Positions 9,563 to 17,593 of a stretch of 49,845 nucleotides of DNA are shown piece after piece (the first letter of the stretch is position 1; each line of letters opens with the position of its first letter). Source of the stretch: an uncultured Acidimicrobiaceae bacterium (lineage in GTDB: Bacteria > Actinomycetota > Acidimicrobiia > Spongiisociales > UBA5794); contig CAYXMJ010000001.1 of the NCBI GenBank assembly GCA_964465915.1, positions 1-49,845 of the forward strand, given 5' to 3'. A program made the translations under genes and the position numbers. Under the pieces are notes generated by a model, which worked only from the letters and a program-made list of their open reading frames with translations, was not told where the DNA came from and did no database searches.

Positions 9563-9955
9563 CGGGGCAGTTGGACAATCGGCGTGAACGCTCGCCCGAC
9601 CTGCGCAACGCCAAGTCAGCGTTGTGGCCGCGAGCGTGAACCGACTCATCCCAACAGACGACCAGTGATGTGACCAGACACGTTCGCATGGTTGGTGGGG
9701 GTGCACGAGGGGGCGGCCCTTGTGCCGGTCCTCACGTAGGGCATTGAGCGCGGCCGAAAGGCCGCACGAGCCGAACCGACCGATAGGGGCGCAGGAAGCA
9801 ACTCGACGAGCAACCGCAGGTTGCCGGTCGAAGCACCAGCGGTAGTGGACCCGGCCGTCCGCAGACTCACATCAATCCCTCAAGTGCGGCGGCACCGCCG
9901 CCGATTGTCAGCAAGTGAATTGATCACGTGAGTTTTGGCGACTCTGAGGTAAAAG

Positions 9956-12259
9956 ATGAGCTCCTTTAGTGGTGTGGTTGCGTTGGCCGGCGAACCGGAA
10001 TCGGCTGTCGCTGCCACGGTCGAGATCCAAGCTGGGATGCTGACGCTCATGGCGGGCGGGTCCCAAATCGGGGCGTGGAACCTCGACGAGATCGAGGTCG
10101 AGCAGACCGCGGGAGCATTCAACCTCCATGCCGATGGCGAGGACCTCGTATTGACGACGCCCGACATGACGGGGTTTGCGGATGCCGTTGGCGTGGTCGC
10201 CGCGGAGCCGAAGCGGGAGAAGCGGCGACGCTTTGGGTTCCGCGCCGGGCGCGGCAAGGCCCCCGCGGCGGAACCCGAGCCTGCGCCAGCGGCCGTCGCC
10301 GTAGCACCACCACCGCCGGCCGAGGACCCGCATGCCGACTACTTCGCAGAGCCTCTCGCCGCAGCCGCGCTCGACGTCGACACCCCCGGCTTTGCGCCGA
10401 CACCCGACCTGCCCACCTTCCTCACCGAACCGGACCTGCCGGCGGACCCCGAACCCACCTTTTCCACTGCACCAGACATGCCTGCGTTCCCGACCGAGGA
10501 CGAACCGTCCGCCGATTCCGCTGCGCCTTTCTCACCCGCGCCCGGCATGGCCTCACCGGGCGAGCTAGCTGCACCGACCGCTGACGCCCCCGAAACGACG
10601 TTCGAGGAGCCGATCGACCATCTCGAGGCGACATCCGACCCGTACGCCGCGGCTCACGCCGGATTCGCCACCGCTGCCGACGAGCCCGACGAGGTCTCGT
10701 CCCCTGTGACTGCAGCGCCGAACGTGGCGCGCGACGTCACGGAACCGGTTGCAGTGACGCCTGCGGAGGTTGAGTTCGCCCCAGAACCCGCATTGCGCGA
10801 GGAAACGCCCGAGACGGGTATCTCCTTCGCCCCGGCACCGGCGCATGACGACGAGCGGGAAGCCAATTTCGACCCGCCTCAGCCGACGTCCGCCGCCGAG
10901 CCCGGGTTCAGCTTCGCCACACCGGAACCCATCATCGACCCCGCCCCACAGGCCACCCCGGAAGCGGGTCCCCCACCCGCCTTCGATTTCGCCACGTCGG
11001 AACCCGTCGCCGAGGATCCCTCTCCGGCCGTCCCAGAGCCGGCCCTTGACTTCGCCACGCCAGAACCCGTGCCCGACGACCTCGCCCCACTGGGCACCCC
11101 GGAAGCGGGTCCCCCACCCGCCTTCGACTTCGCCACGTCGGAAACCGTCGCCGAGGATCCCTCTCCGGCCACCCCAGAGCCTGCCTTTGAGGCCCTCAGC
11201 GTGGACCCCATCGCGGAACCGGCAACGGAGGCGGGCCCCGCGCCCGTCGCCGCCCCAGACATGTCGTCCTTGTCCCCAGACCTCACCCCGATCGGACCCT
11301 GGAGCGACGACTCGCCATCCGCGTCCAATGGGGCGCCAACCGCGGACGCCGGCTTAGCCGCCGACACCTGGAGAAACCCGGATCCGGGCACCGGCCGCTG
11401 GCCGCAACCGGACCCCGCGGACGAGCCCGCCGTCGATCCCGCGGACGAAACCGTCGTCGAACCCGACTCGGCGACCACGGACTCCGCTCCGGTACCACCC
11501 CCATTCACAACTCCCGCACCCGCTGCACCTCAGGAGCCAACCGAGGTCCATCCACTGGACACAGAGCACCTGTCTCCACCGGCCGGCGCGAGCAGCTACA
11601 CCGACGACGTGTCCGATGCGGCGAGCCGCGACGTGCCCGCCATCGCCGGCATCGCGGCCGTCGCCACTCCGGACCGTTACGTCACCGTGGAACCCGATCA
11701 ACCCGACGAGTCGGTGGTGGAGCGGCCCGACCACGGCGCCGACATGGCGAGCCAGGAGGAGATCTCCGCCTGGATCGCAGATGTGAACGGCGACATTGGT
11801 GCCGATGAGGACGCGCCCAACCCCGTCCTCCCCAGCCGGTTCGAAACGCTGCGGAATCGGTCTGCGGAGAACTACTCGGACGAGAACGTGCTGAGCACGC
11901 CGCTGACCATGGCCATGTTCTTCACGGCGATCGCTTTGGCGCTCGGCGCCCTGCTGTCATGGGGAATCTACGAGCTTTCTGACTCCTTCCCTGTAGAACG
12001 ACTCGTGTCGGCCATCGCCGCGTTCGCGGTCGCCACCGGCGTGTACCTTGGATGGCGTCAGGACCGGCGCGTCGCCGGCTCGATCTTCGCCATCGGAGGC
12101 GGGATCCTGGCGCTTGCCGCGGTGTATGCCTATGCCCGCGAAGCGGAGATCGGTATCGGCTTCCTCGTGGCCACCGCCGGTGCCGTTGTCGCGGTCGTGT
12201 TGGGCATCGTGGGGGTAACTCGCTTCGGGCACGGACCCGACCCGCGCATCCGCGAGTAG
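9956..12259 (+). CDS. Hypothetical 767-aa protein: small N-terminal globular domain, about 550-aa Pro/Ala/Glu/Asp-rich repeat region, C-terminal cluster of about 4 TM helices
   Basis: ATG at 9956 follows GAGGT (9946-9950), and third-position GC bias is good along the whole length. There is no signal peptide. A basic patch KREKRRRFGFRAGRGK follows the N-domain. A short motif of the type (F/L)xFA(T/P)(S/P)E(P/T) recurs. The C-terminus has hydrophobic helices (…LTMAMFFTAIALALGALLSWGI…, …AIAAFAVATGVYLGW…, …IFAIGGGILALAAVYAYA…, …FLVATAGAVVAVVLGIVGV…). Confidence 0.75.
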   Translation: MSSFSGVVALAGEPESAVAATVEIQAGMLTLMAGGSQIGAWNLDEIEVEQTAGAFNLHADGEDLVLTTPDMTGFADAVGVVAAEPKREKRRRFGFRAGRGKAPAAEPEPAPAAVAVAPPPPAEDPHADYFAEPLAAAALDVDTPGFAPTPDLPTFLTEPDLPADPEPTFSTAPDMPAFPTEDEPSADSAAPFSPAPGMASPGELAAPTADAPETTFEEPIDHLEATSDPYAAAHAGFATAADEPDEVSSPVTAAPNVARDVTEPVAVTPAEVEFAPEPALREETPETGISFAPAPAHDDEREANFDPPQPTSAAEPGFSFATPEPIIDPAPQATPEAGPPPAFDFATSEPVAEDPSPAVPEPALDFATPEPVPDDLAPLGTPEAGPPPAFDFATSETVAEDPSPATPEPAFEALSVDPIAEPATEAGPAPVAAPDMSSLSPDLTPIGPWSDDSPSASNGAPTADAGLAADTWRNPDPGTGRWPQPDPADEPAVDPADETVVEPDSATTDSAPVPPPFTTPAPAAPQEPTEVHPLDTEHLSPPAGASSYTDDVSDAASRDVPAIAGIAAVATPDRYVTVEPDQPDESVVERPDHGADMASQEEISAWIADVNGDIGADEDAPNPVLPSRFETLRNRSAENYSDENVLSTPLTMAMFFTAIALALGALLSWGIYELSDSFPVERLVSAIAAFAVATGVYLGWRQDRRVAGSIFAIGGGILALAAVYAYAREAEIGIGFLVATAGAVVAVVLGIVGVTRFGHGPDPRIRE
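10955..11193 (+). repeat. Intragenic direct repeat, 141-nt (47-codon) period, about 1.7 copies
   Basis: 10955-11050 and 11096-11193 are nearly identical (cacccc ggaagcgggtcccccacccgccttcga(t/c)ttcgccacgtcggaa(c/a)ccgtcgccgaggatccctctccggcc…). They encode TPEAGPPPAFDFATSE(P/T)VAEDPSPA… twice. Confidence 0.8.
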
Positions 12260-12337
12260 GAGACTCGCACAAGCCGGCCTGCTGGTTCGCCCTGGCCCGC
12301 CGCAGCCCGGGCCACCACCCTTGACGGCGCAGGACGA

Positions 12338-13738
12338 CTACGCCTGCTCGTGGGTGTCCCGCCATGCATCGAGCATCGCGTGCGCTTCATCAACCGAGTA
12401 TGGCCCTTCTTCAATCCGGCGTTCCAGCAAAGCTCTCATGATCTCCCCCACGACGGGACCGGGCGGCAGGTCGAGGTACGTCATGACGTCGTTCCCGTCG
12501 ATTGGGGGGCGCAGGGCGTCGAGTTCCTCCTGCTCGCGCAACTCGTCGATCCGCACCTCGAGCTCGTCGATGCGGCGCTTGATGGCCCGGGCCCGCTTCT
12601 GGTTCCGGGTCGTGACATCGCAGCGAACCAACTCGTTTAGCAACGGAAGCAGCGGCCCCGCATCGCGCACATAGCGGCGGACCGCAGAATCCGTCCAGCC
12701 CATCTTGAAGGTGTGGGGCCTCATGTGGAGAAACACCAACTGACTGACGTCTCGCACCATCTGTTTCGAGTACCGCAGCGCCCGCATCCGGTCGCGCGTC
12801 ATCCGGGCGCCCACCACCTCGTGGTGGTGGAACGACACGCCGCCATCGCTGAATTGGCGGGTGGCGGGCTTGCCGATGTCGTGGAACAACGCCGCCAGCC
12901 GCAACTCGAGGTTGGGGTCTGTCTTTTCGACCACGGCGATCGTATGCGCCAGCACGTCTTTGTGCCGCTGATGCGGATCCTGCTGGAGGGCGAGGGCGGG
13001 AACCTCAGGGATGAACTCATCGGCAAGACCCGTGTCGACCACTCCCCACAATCCGCCACCGACTTGATCCCCCATCATCAACTTGTCGAGTTCATCTCGA
13101 ATGCGCTCAGCCGAAACGATCTCCAGCCGTCCGTGCATGGCCCGCACCGCCTCAACCGCCTCCTGGTCGGGAGAGAACCCGAGCGTGGCAACGAACCTGA
13201 ATAGTCGCAGCATCCGCAACGGGTCGTCTCCGAAAGCGATAGAGGGATCGAGCGGTGTGCGCAGGAGCCGCCCGGCGAGGTCGATCAGCCCACCGTGGGG
13301 GTCGATCATCACGGGAACCTCGCCGGGCGCACCGGGGAGCTGCATTGCCATTGCATTGACGGTGAAGTCGCGGCGGGAAAGGTCCTCAGCGATGCTGTCG
13401 GAGAAGGTGACCTCCGGCTTGCGGCTTTCACCCCGATAGAGCTCTGACCGGAAGGTTGTGACCTCGAACACCCGCCCGTGCTTGATAGCCCCCACGGTCC
13501 CGAAGACTTCCCCGGCGAGATAGAGGTCATCGGCCCACGGGGCGACGAGTTCTTTGATGGCCTCGGGTCGCGCCTCCGTGGTGAAGTCGAGGTCCTCGCC
13601 CTCCCGATCGAGCAAGGCATCGCGCACACTGCCGCCCACCAGATAGAGGTGGTACCCGGCGGCCGCGAACCGCTGGGCCAACTCGACCGGTGGCGCGTTG
13701 GTACGCAGCAGTGGCTCGAGTCGAGGTGGAACGGTCAT
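12338..13738 (-). CDS. cca: CCA-adding tRNA nucleotidyltransferase (PcnA-type, with C-terminal HD domain)
   Basis: Contains the nucleotidyltransferase motif YLVGGSVRDALLDREGEDLDFTT, and HD-domain residues (…RHKDVLAHT…, FHDIGKP). The start is placed at the ATG at 13738 (MTVPPRLEPL…). The ATG at 13765 is also possible. Upstream residues in the track ORF have no homology-like sequence. Confidence 0.88.
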   Translation of the reverse strand: MTVPPRLEPLLRTNAPPVELAQRFAAAGYHLYLVGGSVRDALLDREGEDLDFTTEARPEAIKELVAPWADDLYLAGEVFGTVGAIKHGRVFEVTTFRSELYRGESRKPEVTFSDSIAEDLSRRDFTVNAMAMQLPGAPGEVPVMIDPHGGLIDLAGRLLRTPLDPSIAFGDDPLRMLRLFRFVATLGFSPDQEAVEAVRAMHGRLEIVSAERIRDELDKLMMGDQVGGGLWGVVDTGLADEFIPEVPALALQQDPHQRHKDVLAHTIAVVEKTDPNLELRLAALFHDIGKPATRQFSDGGVSFHHHEVVGARMTRDRMRALRYSKQMVRDVSQLVFLHMRPHTFKMGWTDSAVRRYVRDAGPLLPLLNELVRCDVTTRNQKRARAIKRRIDELEVRIDELREQEELDALRPPIDGNDVMTYLDLPPGPVVGEIMRALLERRIEEGPYSVDEAHAMLDAWRDTHEQA

Positions 13739-13784
13739 GAGGGCGGAGGTTACCGACCAACCCATCAGATTCGGTCCCTCGGCC

Positions 13785-14444
13785 TCAGTCCAGTCTCCAC
13801 CGATTCGCCAGGGCATCGGCGTACTCGTTCCAGCGATAGCCGGAATGGGCCGCAATCCACTCCATCCGCAGCTCGGGGCGACGGCGGAACGAGTAGTAGG
13901 CGGTCTTGACCAAGTCGAGGTTCTCTACCGGGCCGCTCTTGCGCTTCCATCCCCGCTTCTCCCAGCCGGCCGCCCATTCGGTGACGGTGTTGATGGTCAG
14001 CTTGCTGTCGGCATAGACGGTGATCGGAGTCCCCGCAGGCACCAGCTTGGCCGCTTCGATGACCGCGGTCAGCTCCATCCGGTTGTTGGTGGTGTCGGGG
14101 TCGTGCCCGTGGGCTTCGGCGATGATCTCACCGTCGGCAACGTAGACGGCGCCCCACCCCCCCGGCCCCGGATTGGGAACGGATCCGCCGTCGGTGAACA
14201 CTCCCGAGACGGGTCCGGCTGTGAACCTCTCGAGCACCTCATCGGTCGTATAGAGCGCGGAGGTTCCCGAACCCCGCCTGGTCGACGTGCGGCGTCGCGG
14301 CTTGGAGTCGGAGGCCGACCGTCCAGACGCCCCGCCGTCGCGGCAGGACCGGCACTGACGGGGGGTCCACCCCGGGTAGCGGTCGAGGATGTCCTGGGAC
14401 AGCGAGAAGGCCGCGCCACAGTCGCGGCAGGTGAACTCTGGCAT
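13785..14444 (-). CDS. rnhA: RNase HI with an N-terminal CxxC…CxxC zinc-ribbon and a basic Ser/Arg linker
   Basis: The RNase H DEDD residues sit in their usual contexts (VFTDGGS, NNRMELTAV, VYADSK, NEYADALA). The N-terminus is MPEFTCRDCGAAF…PRQCRSCRDG. The start is placed at the ATG at 14444, because upstream track residues run into the pilT 3' end. Confidence 0.8.
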   Translation of the reverse strand: MPEFTCRDCGAAFSLSQDILDRYPGWTPRQCRSCRDGGASGRSASDSKPRRRTSTRRGSGTSALYTTDEVLERFTAGPVSGVFTDGGSVPNPGPGGWGAVYVADGEIIAEAHGHDPDTTNNRMELTAVIEAAKLVPAGTPITVYADSKLTINTVTEWAAGWEKRGWKRKSGPVENLDLVKTAYYSFRRRPELRMEWIAAHSGYRWNEYADALANRWRLD

Positions 14445-14538
14445 GAGTGAAAGGGTACCGCCCCAGACGCGAACAACCGGCCGTCGACCCCGGCGGGGGC
14501 AGAATCGGCCGGTCTTCGCTGGCGCCAGCGCCTCTGGC

Positions 14539-15627
14539 TCAGGCGGAGCGTACACCCATGGCCTGGGCCGCAAGTTTGAGGTCGGTCGGGTCGGTGGCAT
14601 TGGCCACCGCGTCGTGAAACTCAACCACACCATCGGCATACAACTTCAGCAGGGCCTGATCGAAGCTCTGACATCCGTGGAATGAGCCTTCATTGATCAA
14701 CTCCTGCACCCGCGTAGACCCTTCCTCGTCGGCGATCGCCTCGAACATCCGCTCGTAGTTGGTGAGCACCTCAACGGCGGGGACTCGCCCGCTGCCATCG
14801 GCGCGCGGCACCAAGCGTTGAGCAACAACCCCCCGCAGTACTGCGGCCAGGATCAGCCGAGCTTGTTTGCGCTCGTGGATGGGAAAGGCCTCCACGATCC
14901 GGCTGACGGTCTCGACGGCGTCGACCGTGTGCATGGCGACCAATACGAGATGCCCCGTTTCGGCGGCTCGGAGCACACCGCGCACGCTTTCGAGGTTCCG
15001 CATTTCGCTGGCCATGATCACGTCAGGGTCCTGACGCACCACACGGCGGAGCCCTTCCTCCATTGATGCCGTATCGAGTCCGACCTCACGTTGGCTCACG
15101 ATGGACATTTTGTCGGGGAACAGAATCTCGATGGGGTCTTCGAGGGTGATGATGTTGACCCGGCGCGTGGAGTTGATGTGGTCGATCATCGCCCCCAACG
15201 CGGTGGTCTTCCCTGAGCCTGCCGCTCCGGCAACCACGATCAGGCCGCGCTGGTGGGCACAGAGCTGCGTCAGCGCCTTCGGCATGCCGAGTTCCTCGAA
15301 GTTCTGGCTCGCCGGATTCACCGCCCGGACGACCAGGTTGATCGATCCCCGCTGGCGATAGACGTTCACCCGGAAGCGGCCGAGCGAAGGCTTGCCGTAG
15401 GCAAAGTCGGCCTCATGATCAATGGCAAATTCATCGCGGGCGCGGTCGGTGAGCACCTGCTCGGCGAAATCGGCGGCGTCGTCTGCGGAGAGTTTGGGGA
15501 GTTCCGCTAGTTGGAGCACACCGTTGATGCGGTAGGCCGGCGGTGATCCAACCTTGAGGTGGAGGTCGGATCCTTCCACGGAGAGCAGCTTGGCAAGCAG
15601 CTCATCTAAAGTGGGGATGGTTTCCAT
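14539..15627 (-). CDS. pilT: PilT-family type IV pilus retraction ATPase (twitching-motility type)
   Basis: 362-aa ORF. N-terminal LLSVEGSDLHLKVGSPPAYRINGVL, Walker A GAAGSGKTT, Asp box ITLEDPIE, Walker B/His box region. The length is typical of PilT. Confidence 0.88.
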   Translation of the reverse strand: METIPTLDELLAKLLSVEGSDLHLKVGSPPAYRINGVLQLAELPKLSADDAADFAEQVLTDRARDEFAIDHEADFAYGKPSLGRFRVNVYRQRGSINLVVRAVNPASQNFEELGMPKALTQLCAHQRGLIVVAGAAGSGKTTALGAMIDHINSTRRVNIITLEDPIEILFPDKMSIVSQREVGLDTASMEEGLRRVVRQDPDVIMASEMRNLESVRGVLRAAETGHLVLVAMHTVDAVETVSRIVEAFPIHERKQARLILAAVLRGVVAQRLVPRADGSGRVPAVEVLTNYERMFEAIADEEGSTRVQELINEGSFHGCQSFDQALLKLYADGVVEFHDAVANATDPTDLKLAAQAMGVRSA

Positions 15628-15747
15628 CGTGTTGTGCGTCCTCTTCCCGTCGTGCGGTGCTGACCAGGAAACATCGGAAGAACCCCACCGGTTCTTGAAC
15701 GGCTTTGAACCAGTCCGGGGAAGGACCTTTGCCGGACGTTCCGCGCC

Positions 15748-16746
15748 TTAGACGCGGCTGGTGGCGACGTGTCTGATGACCTTCCACGCCCCCGAAGTCC
15801 CCGTTGCTTCGACCGGCGGCGGGTCCGGCGCCTCCCCAGCGCTGCCCTGCAGAGTGGCCGCGGTTGAGGCGGTCAGAGCGGCGAGGTCGTAGCCGCCCTC
15901 GAGGAAGAAGACCGTTCGTTGCGCCGGCACCACCTTGGCGAGCGTGGCCGCCATGACTGCATAGTCGGACTCCTCGAGCAGGATGTCGGCCAGCGGGTCC
16001 GCCCGGTGGGCGTCATAGCCAGCCGACACCAAGAGCCAATTGGGTTCGAACTCCTCGAGGATCGGAACGATCACCCACCGCATCGCCCAGCGATACGGCG
16101 CTCCCTCAGTAGCTCGCGGCATAGGGAAGTTCACCGTCGTCCCCACCGCGTCGCCCGAGCCCGTCTCGTCGACCCACCCGGTGCCCGGGTATGCCGGGAA
16201 CTCGTGGAGCGAGACATACAGGACGCTGGGATCCCTGTAGAAGGTGCGCTGGGTGCCGTTGCCGTGGTGGACGTCCCAGTCGACGATGGCGACCTTGTCA
16301 CCCTGTGCCGTCAGGCGGCGGGCCGTGATCGCGATGTTGTTGAAGAGGCAGAACCCCATCGCCTGGTCTTCGAGCGCGTGGTGGCCGGGAGGGCGCATCG
16401 CAACGAACCCCACGTCGGCGATTCCGGTCGCCAACGCTTCGACAGCCGCCGATCCACCTCCAGCCGACAACAGCGCCGCTTCCCACGACTCCGGCACCAC
16501 CCGGGTGTCGGGGTCGAAAGCTCCCCCACCCGACGAACAGAAGTCCTCGACGTCGGCGATATAGCCGGCGTTGTGGACCAGAGCCAGGTCCTCGAAACGG
16601 GCCGGGGACGGTTCGTACTCGACCACCGTGAGACCAGACTCGCGTACCCCGGCAATGGTCGCCGGGATTCGGTCGGGCCGTTCCGGATGGAATCGGCCCG
16701 TTTCGTGTCGCAAACTCGAGTCGTGAGTAACGAGGGCTACCCGCAT
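15748..16746 (-). CDS. Histone deacetylase-family (class II / acetoin-utilisation / acetylpolyamine amidohydrolase-like) zinc deacetylase
   Basis: Motifs HPERPDRI, RPPGHHA, DWDVHHGNGTQ and LEGGYD are present. The start is set at the ATG at 16746 (MRVALVTHD…). Confidence 0.88.
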   Translation of the reverse strand: MRVALVTHDSSLRHETGRFHPERPDRIPATIAGVRESGLTVVEYEPSPARFEDLALVHNAGYIADVEDFCSSGGGAFDPDTRVVPESWEAALLSAGGGSAAVEALATGIADVGFVAMRPPGHHALEDQAMGFCLFNNIAITARRLTAQGDKVAIVDWDVHHGNGTQRTFYRDPSVLYVSLHEFPAYPGTGWVDETGSGDAVGTTVNFPMPRATEGAPYRWAMRWVIVPILEEFEPNWLLVSAGYDAHRADPLADILLEESDYAVMAATLAKVVPAQRTVFFLEGGYDLAALTASTAATLQGSAGEAPDPPPVEATGTSGAWKVIRHVATSRV

Positions 16747-16828
16747 GGCCCCATCTTCGCGCCTACGACAGGAGAACACTCAACCGGCGGTACGCTGCAC
16801 ACGACAATCCGCCCATCAGAAGAGGAAC

Positions 16829-17572
16829 ATGGCACTCGCGGACGCCCGATCGAGGGTGACTCAACGCGGCGAATGGCCCGGTCCCGTCGTCTTTCGCCGC
16901 GGCTGGGCTCGAGCCACGGCAAGACCCTGGAACGACGTCGAATCCGACGCCGCCCTGCGTCTGATGCGTGGTGGTGACGCCTTTCTCGAGGCCTGTACCC
17001 AGCGACTCATCTCCAACGGTGCCCCGTCGGTCCTATCGCCGCCCCTGCCCCGCAACGCCCGCCGCACCTGGGAGGGCGCCGGGTATCGCGTCTTTCTCGA
17101 CCTGGCGCTGATGCGTCTTGGCCTCGAGGCCACCCCTGCGGCTCCAAACCATCTGGTCGTCGAAACCGACGACGATCGGATCGGTGATCTGATCAGGATC
17201 GATGCCGCCGCATTCAGCCCCTTCTGGCGGTTCGATCGTCAGGGGCTCACGGAAGCGATGCAAGCGACCGGCCACTCCTCGGTGCTCATCATTCGCGACT
17301 CCGATGGTCGGGCGGCCGGGTTCGCCATCGTCGGATTTGGCAGTGCCATCTCGTATCTGCAGCGGGTCGCCGTCCACCCCGATTGGCAGGACCAGGGGAT
17401 GGGCCGTTCATTGCTGCGGGTCGCAGCCCGCAAAGCGCGCTCCGCCGGTGCCCGGGTGATGCTGCTCAACACCCAACCCGACAACGATCCCGCGCTGGCC
17501 CTCTACGAATCAGAGGGATACGTGCGGCTGCCCGAGCCGCTGAGCCTGTTGCGTTATCTGCCGGCGGCTTAA
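16829..17572 (+). CDS. GNAT-family N-acetyltransferase with an extra N-terminal domain of about 110 aa
   Basis: The C-terminal half carries the acetyl-CoA binding core (LQRVAVHPDWQDQGMGRSLL … ALALYESEGYV). The ATG at 16829 follows GAAGAGGA. The gene is divergent from the deacetylase, with an 82-nt spacer. Confidence 0.75.
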   Translation: MALADARSRVTQRGEWPGPVVFRRGWARATARPWNDVESDAALRLMRGGDAFLEACTQRLISNGAPSVLSPPLPRNARRTWEGAGYRVFLDLALMRLGLEATPAAPNHLVVETDDDRIGDLIRIDAAAFSPFWRFDRQGLTEAMQATGHSSVLIIRDSDGRAAGFAIVGFGSAISYLQRVAVHPDWQDQGMGRSLLRVAARKARSAGARVMLLNTQPDNDPALALYESEGYVRLPEPLSLLRYLPAA

Positions 17573-17593
17573 CGCCGCCCCAGGTCCACTGCC

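Noticed and set aside
8198-9706. 502-aa minus-strand ORF overlapping the acyl-CoA dehydrogenase gene
   Set aside because: It is antisense to a gene with clear ACAD motifs and a good RBS. It shows antisense-frame composition and no recognisable domain.
10770-11357. Alternative-frame 195-aa ORF (Pro/Arg/Ser repeats) inside the 767-aa repeat gene, a possible overprinted gene
   Set aside because: The repeats arise automatically from the DNA-level duplication. The main frame has the proper GC3 bias, an RBS and flanking structured domains. The alternative frame has none of these.
10300-11600. Repetitive region considered as a possible CRISPR array or mobile repeat
   Set aside because: The repeats have a 141-nt period, lie in frame within a long ORF, have no spacer/repeat architecture, and no cas or transposase genes are nearby. 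This is coding low-complexity sequence.
16040-16055. tRNA T-arm-like GGGTTCGAACTCC
   Set aside because: It is embedded in the deacetylase coding sequence, with no acceptor or anticodon stems around it. No tRNA could be folded anywhere in the window.
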